DNA of 63,569 nucleotides, counting the filler, from Reclinomonas americana ATCC 50394 (taxonomy: Eukaryota), in assembly GCA_048213135.1 (NCBI GenBank). It is 10 parts of 4 records of this genome, joined end to end, with 100 filler letters (N's around TTAATTAATTAA, not from the genome) between each part and the next. Parts side by side here need not be neighbours in the genome. Positions count along the whole stretch, not along the records: positions 22,929 to 33,209 come from PS015786.1; positions 33,310 to 48,156 come from PS015786.1; 8 more parts are not named here. One strand, written 5' to 3'. The notes under the pieces were generated by a model. It did not search any database and was not told the origin of the DNA. It worked only from the letters and a program-made list of their open reading frames with translations. The stretch's first letter is position 1; each line of letters begins with the position of its first letter. Made by a program: the position numbers and the translations under genes. Below, in pieces: positions 25,057-37,023 of the stretch.

Positions 25057-26190
25057 CTATTCTTTTCTAATCATGCTTCCGTTTGGATTATTGACAAGAG
25101 TGCGAGTCATCGAGTGAGACGTATGGACGCAGACGCTGCTGCAGCTGGCGCACAACTGAGTGTCGATAATGGACGCGGATGCGAGGGTTGATAGCAGATC
25201 GTGATCAAGCCGAACCACATGACAGTGCCAGACTGGGTCCACACCGCGCCGATACACAATGACCTCAGCATCCTCGACGATGAAGCAACGCAGTACCATC
25301 TCCAGCAAGCACCGCAAAGCCACGTCCTCCTCTGCTCCCTCCCGCTGCATCTCCTGCACCACCAGCATGGCCGCACGCGCACCGTCAAGCTCCCATCGGG
25401 CGAGGCCGCACGGAGTGGACCACATTCGTAACATCTTGTCTATGCCCCCACTGACAACGTGCTGACCATCGGGAGTGACGACGACAGACACAATCAGATC
25501 GGCGTATCCTTTCGTGTGTTGCACTTGAAGTCCACTCACGAGCGACCACACTCGCACGGTTGCGTCGGTGCCTCCACTCACCACGTGCAGGCCACTGGGA
25601 GACACAGCGACAGACCTCACCAGATTGGAGTGTCCTTGCAGTCGCTGCACTTCCTCACCACTCGCAACAGACCACACGCGCACAGTCTTGTCGCCACAGC
25701 CGCTGACAATGTGATGGCCGTCGGGAGTGACAGCGACAGAAAGCACCCATCCAGCGTGCCCCTCCAGTTGTCGCAATTGCTCGCCAGTCGCCAGTGACCA
25801 CACTCGTACAGTGCTGTTCCTGCTCCCACTCACCACGTGCTTGCCGTCGAGAGTGACAGCCACACACATCACCCATGCAGTGTGTCCCCTCAACCGGCGC
25901 ACTTCTTCGCCACTCGCCAGCGACCACACTCGCACCGTCTTGTCTGTACCCCCACTGACAACAAGCTGGCCGTCGGGAGTGACAGCCACAGACATCACCT
26001 CCTCAGTGTGCCCCTCCAGCCGTCGCACCTCCTCGCCGCTCACCACACTCCACACTCGTACAGTCATATCCTCTCCCCCGCTTGTGAAATGTGACAGCCA
26101 TCTGCAGCAACGGCAACGGATCGCACACACCCAGTGTGCCCAATGAGGCACTTGGAGGGGAGGAGAGGTGGAGACGGTGTGAGTGACATG
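25057..26190 (-). pseudogene. WD40-repeat paralogue with frameshifted first repeat and C-terminal helical tail
   Basis: Near-identical to 22929-23739 but with one repeat fewer. Repeat 1 is out of frame (indel near 26080-26100). The tail RAAMLVVQEMQREGAEEDVALRCLLEMVLRCFIVE follows the last repeat. Confidence 0.8.
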
Positions 26191-26531
26191 CGAAAATATG
26201 ATTGAGTGTTGTAGGACGCGACGGACGTTGCCTACAAGGTTCCTCTCCATGGCATTCAAGCATCTAGCAGCGACTGGTCGAAGCCCACCACAACACTCGA
26301 GTTGTCCACATTCATTGCTTCATTTCACATACTACTATTTGTCACCTCACTCGTCGACGCTTCACATCCGGAGCCTGCCACCACCAGCCGTCAGTCATGC
26401 ACACTGCCAACACCCGGAGATGCAAACCCCTACGCAACATCAGCATCATCTGCATCCACCAGCGACCGACGTCGCGCAGCCGCTGCCGCCGACGAACTCA
26501 GTGCGCCGCGTTTCTGGGAATTCAAAGCCTG

Positions 26532-29500
26532 TCAAACCAACACTCCAACACCCTGGAAAACCTCCACATCACGGCACGCAACTCGGCGAGCGTCATCCTC
26601 CTCCTCCTCCTCGTCCTCCATCACTTCTTCTTCCGCCACCACCTCCTCCTCCTCTGCACCCTCCTCCATCTCCACATCGCCACCGTCGTCTTCCTCCACT
26701 TCAGCCTCCTCCACCTTGACCTCCACCTCTTCCTCTCCTGCCGCCTCGCCTCCACCCTCTTCGTCCTCCATCTCCTGCTCCTCTTCGGCGGCCTCGAGGC
26801 ACTTGCGCACCACAGACTCCTTGATGCGGAAATCGCGAATCGTGCTCCGCTTGAAATACCGCATGAGGTCCACTTGCCGCTGTGCGTGCCACAAGAAGAA
26901 AGTCAGCGCCTGCAAAAAGAAAATCGCCGACACTTGTCACCACGTCGCGCAACATTGGTCTGCTTGGTCACACGGATGAGGTGCCGTTCAAACTGCTCAA
27001 TGTGGAAGATGAGGTTGGGCACCAGGCTGAGGGCACGCGAGATTTTGACGTCGGCCCCCTGCGCCTCTTGCACGGTCATGTACACGTGCTCGGTCAGTTG
27101 TTTGCCAACATACATGATGAGATTCTGGGCCTGTGCCGGCAGTGCGCGGATTTTGCGCGACAATATCTGCACACGAGAGTGAGGAAGAGGGAAAAAGAGA
27201 AGCCATTCGTGTGCGAGAGCACGCACCAACTTGGCCAGTACTGTCAGCACACGGAAGTGGCTGCCGAGGACGCGTACCAACGATTCGAGGCACTGCGGCG
27301 TGAGAATGCACTGGCACATGTTGTCGAGGACGGTGCAGAGTCTGCATTACTCTCCGCCGTCAGCAAACACACACAGAGGAATGAACGATGCAGCACTCCA
27401 GGCGCAACTGGTGAGCCCGAATGTACTGTGCCTTCTCGCGATCGTGCAGTTCGTTCAGCTGACGCTCGTTCATGCGCGACGGTCCAGAGGCCGCGGCTGA
27501 CGATTTATGTATGAGCGCGAAGACACTTCACACATATTTCCCTTGACACACGCACCACTCTCCAACTGATAGGCGGTGCGCACGGCGGCCACGTTCGAGT
27601 CAATGAGAGCCAACGCATCGTCGACACCTTTCAACAAGGCCTGCAATACTCGCCAGTGAAAACCAGGAAGAAAATATGGAGACGAGAAGACCACACACCG
27701 TGCACGAAATGGCGACGGTGTTGGAGTTGATGATGCTGTAGTGGAGCACGGACTCCTCCCGCGAGTACGTGTTTTGCTGGCCTTTGACGATCTTGATGTC
27801 TTGCGAGGCGTGCACCAGCTGTCGCACAGCCACACATTGATCAGCGTACGCACCAGACCATCGTGTGTCAAGAACGAGAGCAGCACACACACACCGGATC
27901 AAACTCCACCAGCATCACGCTGAGATCGCTAATGAGTGACATGACGACTGCCGCCAGGCCCGGCATGTTGCCGCACTCGTTTTGCGCGATGCCTGCCATC
28001 CTCTCGTGAATTAGATCGACGACAACGTACGCTTCTCGCACGCACGATGACAAACCCTCGGCCCAGTCGAGATGCGACTTGAGCAGCGCCGCCGGCAACA
28101 TGCGCACTTTGCAGCAAAAGTAATGCACCACAGTCGACAGCACCTCGGCCTCGCGCAGCGAGCCGCGCACGACAATGAGGGCAATGTATCGCTGTATTTT
28201 GAGTGGCAGCAATTTCATGAGAGGGTGAGGCAGCACACACACACTCTGCACTCAGCACCCGTATTACCTCGAGACAATCCAGCCACGACGAACACACGGC
28301 CAACGGGTCCGCGTGGTTCACGTTGACGGCTGTGCGCGGACGAGTGAGTATACACGTGACACGGAGTACTCTCCACCACACGATCACTCAACTGGCCGTG
28401 CCGTCGCTCTCGATGGCCTTCTTGATGGGCTCGAGAATCATTCCGAGTGCCTCGGCCTGCTGTGCCTTGTCGGGCACCATATCCGGGTTGAGTAGCACCA
28501 CCAGCGCCTCGTGCAGACACGTCGCACACATAAGCGAAGCCGTGACCGTCTGTCGCACACGGGAGGAGAGACAAGCGAGGAAAGGTGAGAGAGCGAAATT
28601 ACGCAGAGTTGTTGCACACAAGCAGAATACGCAACATCCTTGGCCTTGTCGTGCCGCCCCGAGTGCTGTCGCAACATCAGTGCCAGCTGCTGCGCCAGCA
28701 GGCCTCCCAATTCCAAATACGTGTTGCGTTCCTCCGTCCTTGGCTGGGTTGCGTACTGCACATAGAGGGAACAACGATTAACAGAGAGAGCGAGAGAGAC
28801 ACTCGCCATTCTCCGCCTTTAAAAAAAGAAAACACACCTGTGCCACCTGGTGCTGCACGAGAGCGAAAATGTACTTGCGGAAGCCATCGTTCTCCTCCAG
28901 CGCCTCAATGCGTGCCTTGGTCTCGTCGTCACACAACTGCACCCCACCGCACAAAGTCAACAATACTACCAAAAGGACAGTGCGTGCAATCACCACGCAC
29001 TTCGTGCGCCTCTCCCTGCATCAAGCGAAGTGCACTCGCAGTAAAGGCCACATTCAAGAATGCCGACGGGAATCGCTGATCGAACTGCGACACGGCCATG
29101 GCAGGTCCAGTGGCCTTGGAAGATCGACCACCTGTACGCAATCGAGCGCGAAGGGGTTGAGTGACAGCGTGGTGTTGTCGATCGACGGCATCACTCACTC
29201 TTCTTCGACGACGACGCGCCCTTGCTGGAGGCACCGCTGCCGGAGATGCCGTCTCGGACCAGCTGTTTCAGTGCGGCGTACGTCTCGTAGGCAGTGATGA
29301 GACCATCCACTCCAGCCGGCACTTCGCACGTTTGCACGGCGTATTCCATGCACACCTACAACCGACAAGAGTGAGAACCATTGTGCCCATGTGTGCATGT
29401 GACACAGCATTCGTGCGTCATTTTCCTACTTCATACAACCCGAGGAGCGTCAGTCCACGAATCTGATTGCATCGCCCCTCCAGAGTGCTGCTACCAAAGT

Positions 29501-32075
29501 CGGTGACCTTGTTCAGACCAAAGTCCTCCAGCGACGACTTGAGCAGCTTTTGCATGGCCACCTGCGACAGTCTGCGAGCCGCACACGTCGGCAAAAGACA
29601 GATGAGAAGGCGGCGACTTCTGCTTGTTCTCATACCTCCACACCGCTTTGGCAGCACCCTCTTCCAGCGCATCCAACACATCGTCCATGCACTCTGATCG
29701 CGGCGCACCATTGTTCAGAGAGAGAGAGACAAAGCAGGTAACAACACCAACAGCAGCAGCTCTCTCTCTCACCTTCACCGCGTCTGTCACACTCGGCCAC
29801 GAGGCAACGCAACACACAATGAAACAGCTCGGCGACTGGCTCCAGCAGCACAGGAGCGCGCGCATCAAAGCACTTGTCAAGTGCGACCGGCGGCGATGCA
29901 GTGGGCGTGACCACCGTCAGCAACTACCACACGAGTCGGTCAGAACGAGGGCGAACGACGAGCACTGCACGACACAGACAATGCACCTGCGTTCGCAGCA
30001 AGTCGAAAATGGTCTCCGCCAGGTGCGGCTTGGCGACGCACACGTCGGCCAGGCCGCGATACACTCGACTGCGAACCTCGGACTGCTGCGTCAGGCAGCG
30101 GCGCATGAATGCTGGCGAGGAAAAAAACACCCACTGTGAATCGCGCGTGCCAACCGTCCGTGTGGCGGGTGCACGACGCAACTGATGAGCTCGAATTCAG
30201 CCGCCGGATCCAACAAGCGTCCACGTGGTTGCACTGCGCTGCCGCCCACATTGGCCGGCTCACGCGGCACCACTTTTTCCATGCACAGAAGTGAGTGCTT
30301 GCTCCTTTAAGGTCTCCTCCTCCAATCACAACTCACCACCGCTGGAGGAGTCCTCGAGCAAGATGAAGAACCCACCAATGGCGGTAAGCCGGCCCTCCAA
30401 GTCACTAGAAGCATGAGCACAATGATGAGGGGAAGAGAGCGGAGCGAGCATCAATCACGACAAACACGCACACGCACCGACTGTACATGGCCTTGCGCAG
30501 CACAAGCACGGTGAAATCAAAGAGCTCAGCATTCAACGGCGTCAGCGTGCACAGCGCGCGCAGCAGCATGCCGCCTAGGTCTGAACCGAGAATGCCAACG
30601 TACTCGAGCAACTCCTTTAGCTGCGCACATCCACACGAGATGTGTTACATAAGAGAAGACCACGGACCAGTGACGACATTCTTTTCCGACTGTGTACCTT
30701 GGCAATTCGATGCAAGAAGAACGCGGGTCGTTGCGTGACCAGAGTGTGCAGCAGGTGGAGTGACGGAAGAACACCACCCTCTTTGGTGGCAATTCGATTG
30801 ATGATGCCCTCCAAAATCTCCAGTTGAACCTGCTCAGTCAAGAAGAAAGAAGTGAACAGCAGGCGCACTGGCAGGCAAGAATGCAACAGCCGACACGCAA
30901 CGGCATCGTGTTGGTGAAAGAGTGCGGCGAGAACACGTGTGCCGACCTGCGCCTGCGGTGTCAACGGAACCATCGACGGCTTGCTCATGTCTGGCGCAGC
31001 GTGCGTGGTGAGACGCGGCGGCAATGCCGATTCAACGAGCCAAATTACCTTTTCGTAGCACCATTGTGTCTGCGAGAGCGAATGCCAGCGCAATCACCGA
31101 CGCCGTCAGCGTCTCCCAGCCGGCCGATGAGTTCTCCACCAGCGACTCCCACACACGGCCGAGCACCGGCACCAAGTTTGGCTGGCTGCAAATGCCCTTG
31201 AAAAAGTCGAATACCTGCGTTGTGATGATGATGGGCGTGTGAGTTACAGCAGCAGTGCAACGATAGGTGAAGGTGCGCAGATCGGTCGCAACCAGTTGAG
31301 AGGATCGCGGTGTGCGCGACATGGCGAGCAGGGCGGCCACAGAGAACAGCGACAAGACATTGTCGTGCTTCATGTACTTGATCGCGTCTTGAGCCAGATC
31401 CTGCATAGTGTGCGTGCGAGCACAGTCAGCCTATTTCCGCGCCGTGGATCAGACGCACACCAACAGACCGCATCGTGCTTCGAAGCCGTGTCCAAATGCA
31501 GCAACACCGTGCCCTCGGCCTGCCGCAGTCGTTCCATCTTGCGCTCGGCGGCTTCGTCCTTGAATCTGCGCGCCGACGACGAATCGAGTGAGCGCAGAGT
31601 ACGGAAGCACGAGAGGCACCGTGTGCGACACACCGCTGCTTTGCGAGCTCGTTTTCCCGCTTGTCGAACTCGGTGATAATCAGGCGCAACGTGTGCACCT
31701 TCAAACCCTGCACCAACATGCATCGCCGGCCACCAACGCGCGCGTGAGTGACGAAATCGATAACCAAGTGGGATGGTATCTTTTTTCAGTAAACATGCCT
31801 TGCTGGCGAGACGCAGACTCTGATACACAATCGGTGGCAAATCGTCGATGCGCGCGTCGTGCAGCGCCCTGCACGGTGCACAGTGGTCAGACACTCCCTC
31901 CCTCACTCACTCATTTCGAGCTCTGGTGCACCACCACGCAACTCCTTGACTTTCTTGCTGACCACGGCGTAGTGCTGGTCGTCGCTCATCGGCACCTCGC
32001 GCATCACCTCGATCAGTTTGGGCGCCAGTTGTGGCGGCCACTTTTGATCGTTCAGCATTTCCAGGAACTGGTTGA
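26532..32075 (-). CDS. FANCI: Fanconi anemia group I protein (many exons; 5' part missing)
   Basis: C-terminal LVPNLIFHIEQFERHLIRVTKQTN / VDLMRYFKRSTIRDFRI plus acidic tail. Also DLPPIVYQSLRL, EGTVLLHL, LSLFSVAALLAMSR, VLVLRKAMYS, RRCLTQQSEVRSRVYRGL and EPVAELF, all in the FANCI order. Confidence 0.92.
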
Positions 32076-33395
32076 GGTCGGCCCCGGCTGGGGAGGGAGG
32101 GAGAAGGGAGGGAGGGAGGGAGGGAGGAGACAGTCAGAAAAAGGAATGAAAGGAAAAGAAAGAGAGAGAGATAGAAAGAAGAAAAAGAAAAGAAAGAAAG
32201 AGATAGAAGGAAGAAAAGAAAAGGAGAGAGAAAGAAAAAGAAAGAAAGAGAGAAAGAGNNNNNNNNNNNNNNNNNNNNCACCCCCCCATTCCATCAAAAT
32301 GCGGGAGGACAAATGCGACTCGCGCGATGCAAATTGTCACTTTGATCGATGGATGATGCAGTGCGGCGCCGGCTGGGGTGGCGACACAACACCATAGAGA
32401 GTGCATTGTGCGCAGCTGCAGACATCAGCATAAACGCAAGACAATTCAAAGTAGACAATGCGACTCGCGCTCCGTGGATTGTCACTTTGATCAATCCCTT
32501 TCTTTTGCTTTGTTGCGCGCATGCACGATGATGATCTCGAGTCGCTCGACGCGCTTTGCTTCAGTGTCGGTCGTGTAAGTGAGTCTCGCCTTTTTGATTT
32601 CGCATGTGTGTGTTGGTTTGTGTCACTTTTGTGTGCTCACTGTGAACCACAGTGCGCTGCTCCGACGATGCTCTTGTCGGTTCCGCGTGCATTCTGCAGT
32701 ATTTGAGTGCAGAGGATGGTGAGAGAGAGTCGGTTAGCGCATTGTTGACTGAGTTGTATTCATATCTTTCTCTTTTTCTTGCCACAGTCATGTTGATGTT
32801 GCTGTTGGGCGGGGAGATCGACGGCGACGATGCGCGGATCGAGTTTGACATTGAGGGCGGTGTGAGCGGCGATTGTGGTCTGTGTGCGTGAGTTGTCTGA
32901 CTGCGTTGGTTGTCAGTGGGAATCACTCAGTTTTGCAGAGGTGATTGACTTTGATCAGCTGGACGTTGTGTGTGACGGTGGTGGTGCGGTGCAGTTGTTG
33001 GCGCCTGTACGGCCGTTGTGTGCACACTGTTCACATCAGTGGTGAGTCTCGTTCCACAACCATGTTGACTTGTCTCACTCATGTTCTCTCTCTCTCTCTC
33101 TCTCTCTCTCCTCTCGTCTCGTCGTACGACGACGACGTAGTACGTACGACGACGAGACGTACTCTACGACGTACGACGACGACGACGCGCGTCGGTCGTC
33201 GGCGTCGTCNNNNNNNNNNNNNNNNNNNNNNNNNNNNNNNNNNNNNNNNNNNNTTAATTAATTAANNNNNNNNNNNNNNNNNNNNNNNNNNNNNNNNNNN
33301 NNNNNNNNNTCGTACCAACCTACGTTCGTTACTACTACTACGTAGGTGGTAGGTCGTCGTTCCTACCTAACCAACTACTTGTACGTTCGTTCTCT

Positions 33396-33453
<58 letters not shown>

Positions 33454-33849
33454 TCTCTCTTCTCTTGTTCTCTCTCTTTCTCTCTCTCACTCTCTTGTAC
33501 TCACTTGCATCGGGAAGGCGTTCATCCACATTAAGACCGCCGGTAATCTCCTGCCTGTGTTCGTCGGCACTGTCTGCCGGACAGCCGCTCTTTGCTGTGA
33601 CACCGTGGTGTTCGCGACGCGAGTCGGCCAAGCTGCTTCCGTGTCGTGTCGTGGAGGTGTGGCCCCTGCTCCCGTCTTCCTACTTGTGTTTGCAGCGCAC
33701 CCACACATTACCTCGCTTGCAGCACGCAGCAGGATTGGCTCTTCTTGCGCACCATGTGCCGCCAGAGGTGCGCTGCATCGGTCTCGATTGCAGCGTTGCA
33801 CCGGCTGTGGTGTTTGACGCCGCTGGCCGCTTTGTTGGCGTTGCGTCGC

Positions 33850-36578
33850 TCAGTCTGTGCTGCTGCTGCTGCTCCATGAATGCACCGCGTTGACAAATAC
33901 CCCGCCAGATCTCTCCTCTGCGTGAGGGGACAGCGTCATTGTATGCGGACATGTCGCGCCTCACCGAATCCACGCTGAGTCACATGACGGTGTTGAAAGC
34001 GCCTGTTCCACTCGACTGTTGCGTCATTGCGAGGCGACGTTCTTGCTGCTTCTTGCTTGCCGCTGATATTCGCCCGTCCTCCAGGGCCACCGCAGGGGAG
34101 ATTTTGCCGCGTTCCACTCCATTCCAGTGCACTGATAAAGTGCTTGGATCACATAATGCAGGGTGGGTCACCGTCGGCAACGAGTGAGCGACTGGCGCTA
34201 CATGCAATGTCTCATTTCCGTGGCGCAGATTACCCCGACCCAGACACGTGCCCCGCACTCGACAAGCGGTGCTGCTTTCTCATCAACTACATGACTCGCA
34301 ATGCATACTGCTTGTGGTCCATCACCGACAGGTATTGCACCGCCTCCAGTGTTGTGTTGTCGCGCGTCCGTCACTCATCGATGTGCAGCCAGGAATCCCG
34401 TTCGCTGTTTCTCACTCTCTTGCGGTGCACTCGCCACTTTGTCATGAAGAGTTGCGTCAACAGGAGGCGCCATATTTCCTTTCCATCGAGCGACCTCATC
34501 GCCTCCTCGCAGTCTCCAATGCCGTTCCATTCAACTCGGTCGAGGTCGAAGGCAATCTGTGTCTGCACCAGATACTCGTGCACTCGCTACTTGTGACCGA
34601 TGTCGGTGCCGACATTGTGGCTGAAGCGTGCGGTCTGCTGGCGTGCATGGCTCGCGATGGTGAGTGTGTGTATCAGTTGGTAGCGGCGGCGGCGGCGGCG
34701 GCGAGCGATTGGTGAACGTGGAATGCGATACAGAGCCGAGAACTCTGATACACGAACTGTCGTGGTGCGGCGAGGACGGCCGCACCGTCAACGCATGTGA
34801 TGTGATTCTCGATCAGATGGAGCGGCACGTGCGCGACCCGTGGGCCGCCGAGATGTGCTGTTTTCCGCTCGGCAATATGCTTCTCAGCGGTTAGTTTTTC
34901 TGTTCGATGTGTGCAAGATAGCATCGGACTGAGAGTGTGTGCGTGTCAGATGGTGCGCATCTGAGGGTCTCTCACTGGCGCGATGGCAAGGCAACACAAA
35001 TGCTCTGCAGCGCGATGCGGTACCATGCCGGTCAGCATCCGCGCGTCGGAGCTCGTGTCTGCGTCGTCATCGGAAACATGATTATCGACAAGAGTTTCGT
35101 TTGTTGCTGTGTAAATCGCTTCCACCGACTGCGATCGTGACGTACTTATTGATCGCTCTGCAGCTGCGCCGATAACCTCGGCACTCTTTCACTGGAGTGA
35201 CGAAGACGGAAGCAAGTTCGAGGACATTGTACTGGATCTGATGCATCGATTTCCCGGCGACCAGTTCTTGGTGGAGCGTGCGTGTTTTGCGCTGGCGAAT
35301 GCGTATCGAGGTCAGTGCTGTTTTGCAGCAGGGTGCTGTGACGGAAAGAGAGTGCAGAGGGGAGAAAGGAGATGGTGATGACGGGGAAGGCAGTTTGGTA
35401 CTGGTACTCTCGTTCTCCCGCTCGCTGTTCCCCTTCTCGCTCTCCCCCTCTCACTCCCCTCCCTCTCACTCCCCTCCCTCTCGCTGCTCCCCCTCTCGCT
35501 GCTCCCCTTCTCGCTCTCTCCCACTCATCTCCCCTCTCGCTCTCCCCTTCTCGCTCTCTCTCTCTCTCCCTCTCTCGCTCTCTCCCTCTCGCTGTTCCCC
35601 TTCTCGCTCTCCCCCTCTCGCTCTCCCCCTCTCGCTCTCCCCTTCTCGCTGCTCCCCTCTCGCTCTCCCCTCTCGCTCTCCCCTCTCGCTCTCCCCTCTC
35701 GCTCTCCCCTCTCGCTCTCCCCTCTTGCACCCCCTCTCTGCCCCTCTCGCTCTCACTCCCTCTTGCCCCCCTCTCATTTATCTCATCCTTTTCATCTCGC
35801 AGCCTGGTTCGACTTTCTACCGCGACCCACTCTTCACCTGCGAACCATTCACGTCTTGCTGGATTGTCTGCGTCGGTGCTCGCTGATTGCCGCGGAAATT
35901 GAGATCCTATCTTCCCTGCTGCACATATTACGAGGTGTGCTCGTGTTTTCATGTGTCTGCTTCTCACTCGCGACTGACTTGCTTCGTGTGCACAGCCGGT
36001 ACATTTTCCGTGACAATGCTTTCCATTCCTCTCACTTCTAACAACCGCATGCGCGTGCAGGTGAATCCCTTGCCGATTTTGCTTCGTGGACGAGCGAGGT
36101 TCGTCGTATCGCTCTCTCTTTCCTTTTCTTCCCGGGCTTAAGTTGATTGTGTATATGTATGCAGGGAGACGACGGTCTGCGAGTACTCTGTCGCTCTCTG
36201 CGCTCCAACTTGCGTGATCGTGCCATTGCGCGTGACTGCGTGCAAGCGTTGCTGCTGGTCAGCAGAGTCGGTGCGTTTTTTTGGCCACCCTCTCTGTCCT
36301 CCTTTGTCTGCGGGATGGCATTCACGATTGCGCGCGGTGCAGAGCCCATGAAATCGGATCTGCGTGAACACGGCGCGTCGCGCTACTTTGGTGGCCATTC
36401 TCTCATACGCGAGGCGGCCTCGCTGCATTACGGTCGGCAGGAGCTGGTGGTTGACGATCACGATGACACCCTGTTGCTGGAAAGAGTCCGTCATGGCGAG
36501 GATATGGGCGGCAACGACGAGGAGGATTCCATGGACGAGCCCGACGATGACGACGACGAGGAGTTTGATGATATGTGA
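33850..36578 (+). CDS. Armadillo/HEAT-like repeat protein with acidic C-terminus (5' boundary uncertain)
   Basis: Exons with repeated ARM-type helices: DIVAEACGLLACMARD, AAEMCCFPLGNML, VGARVCVVIGNM, LVERACFALANA, IARDCVQALLLV. Ends EEDSMDEPDDDDDEEFDDM*. Confidence 0.6.
35410..35770 (+). repeat. Intronic minisatellite of ~13-15 bp CCCCTCTCGCT(GCT/CT) units
   Basis: About 20 tandem variants of CCCCTCTCGCTCT within an intron of the ARM-like gene. Confidence 0.8.
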
Positions 36579-37023
36579 TTGACTGCCGACATTGCTTCCT
36601 CGGTGGAATGGGCAACGCCAAGTCAGATGGCACGCTATGGCCTCGACACCTCGACATGATGTCACGAAGGCCGTGCGAGCCGGCGCCGCGCATCATTGTG
36701 CACGTCGTCGTCGGCTCCTCATCGACGTTGCATGGACACGTCCTGCAGACAACTTGAAAGTCACGACTGCGTTCTCCGTGTATTCGTCACGTGTCACGTT
36801 GGTCGTGCGTGTGCGTGTTTGAGTGTGTGTGTCGACGACAGCAAATGTCTCGCCAACAATTATCATTGTCGTGCGAAGTGGTTGCGTCACACAAGCACAT
36901 GGGCGGATGTTGTCAACGACGCCGTCACGCCGCCGATCGCCGGAGAGAGAGCATGGTGCGCGCACTGAAAGAGAGAGAGAGAGCAGTCGAGTCGAGGGAG
37001 AGAGAAGCAGGGACATTGTGTCG

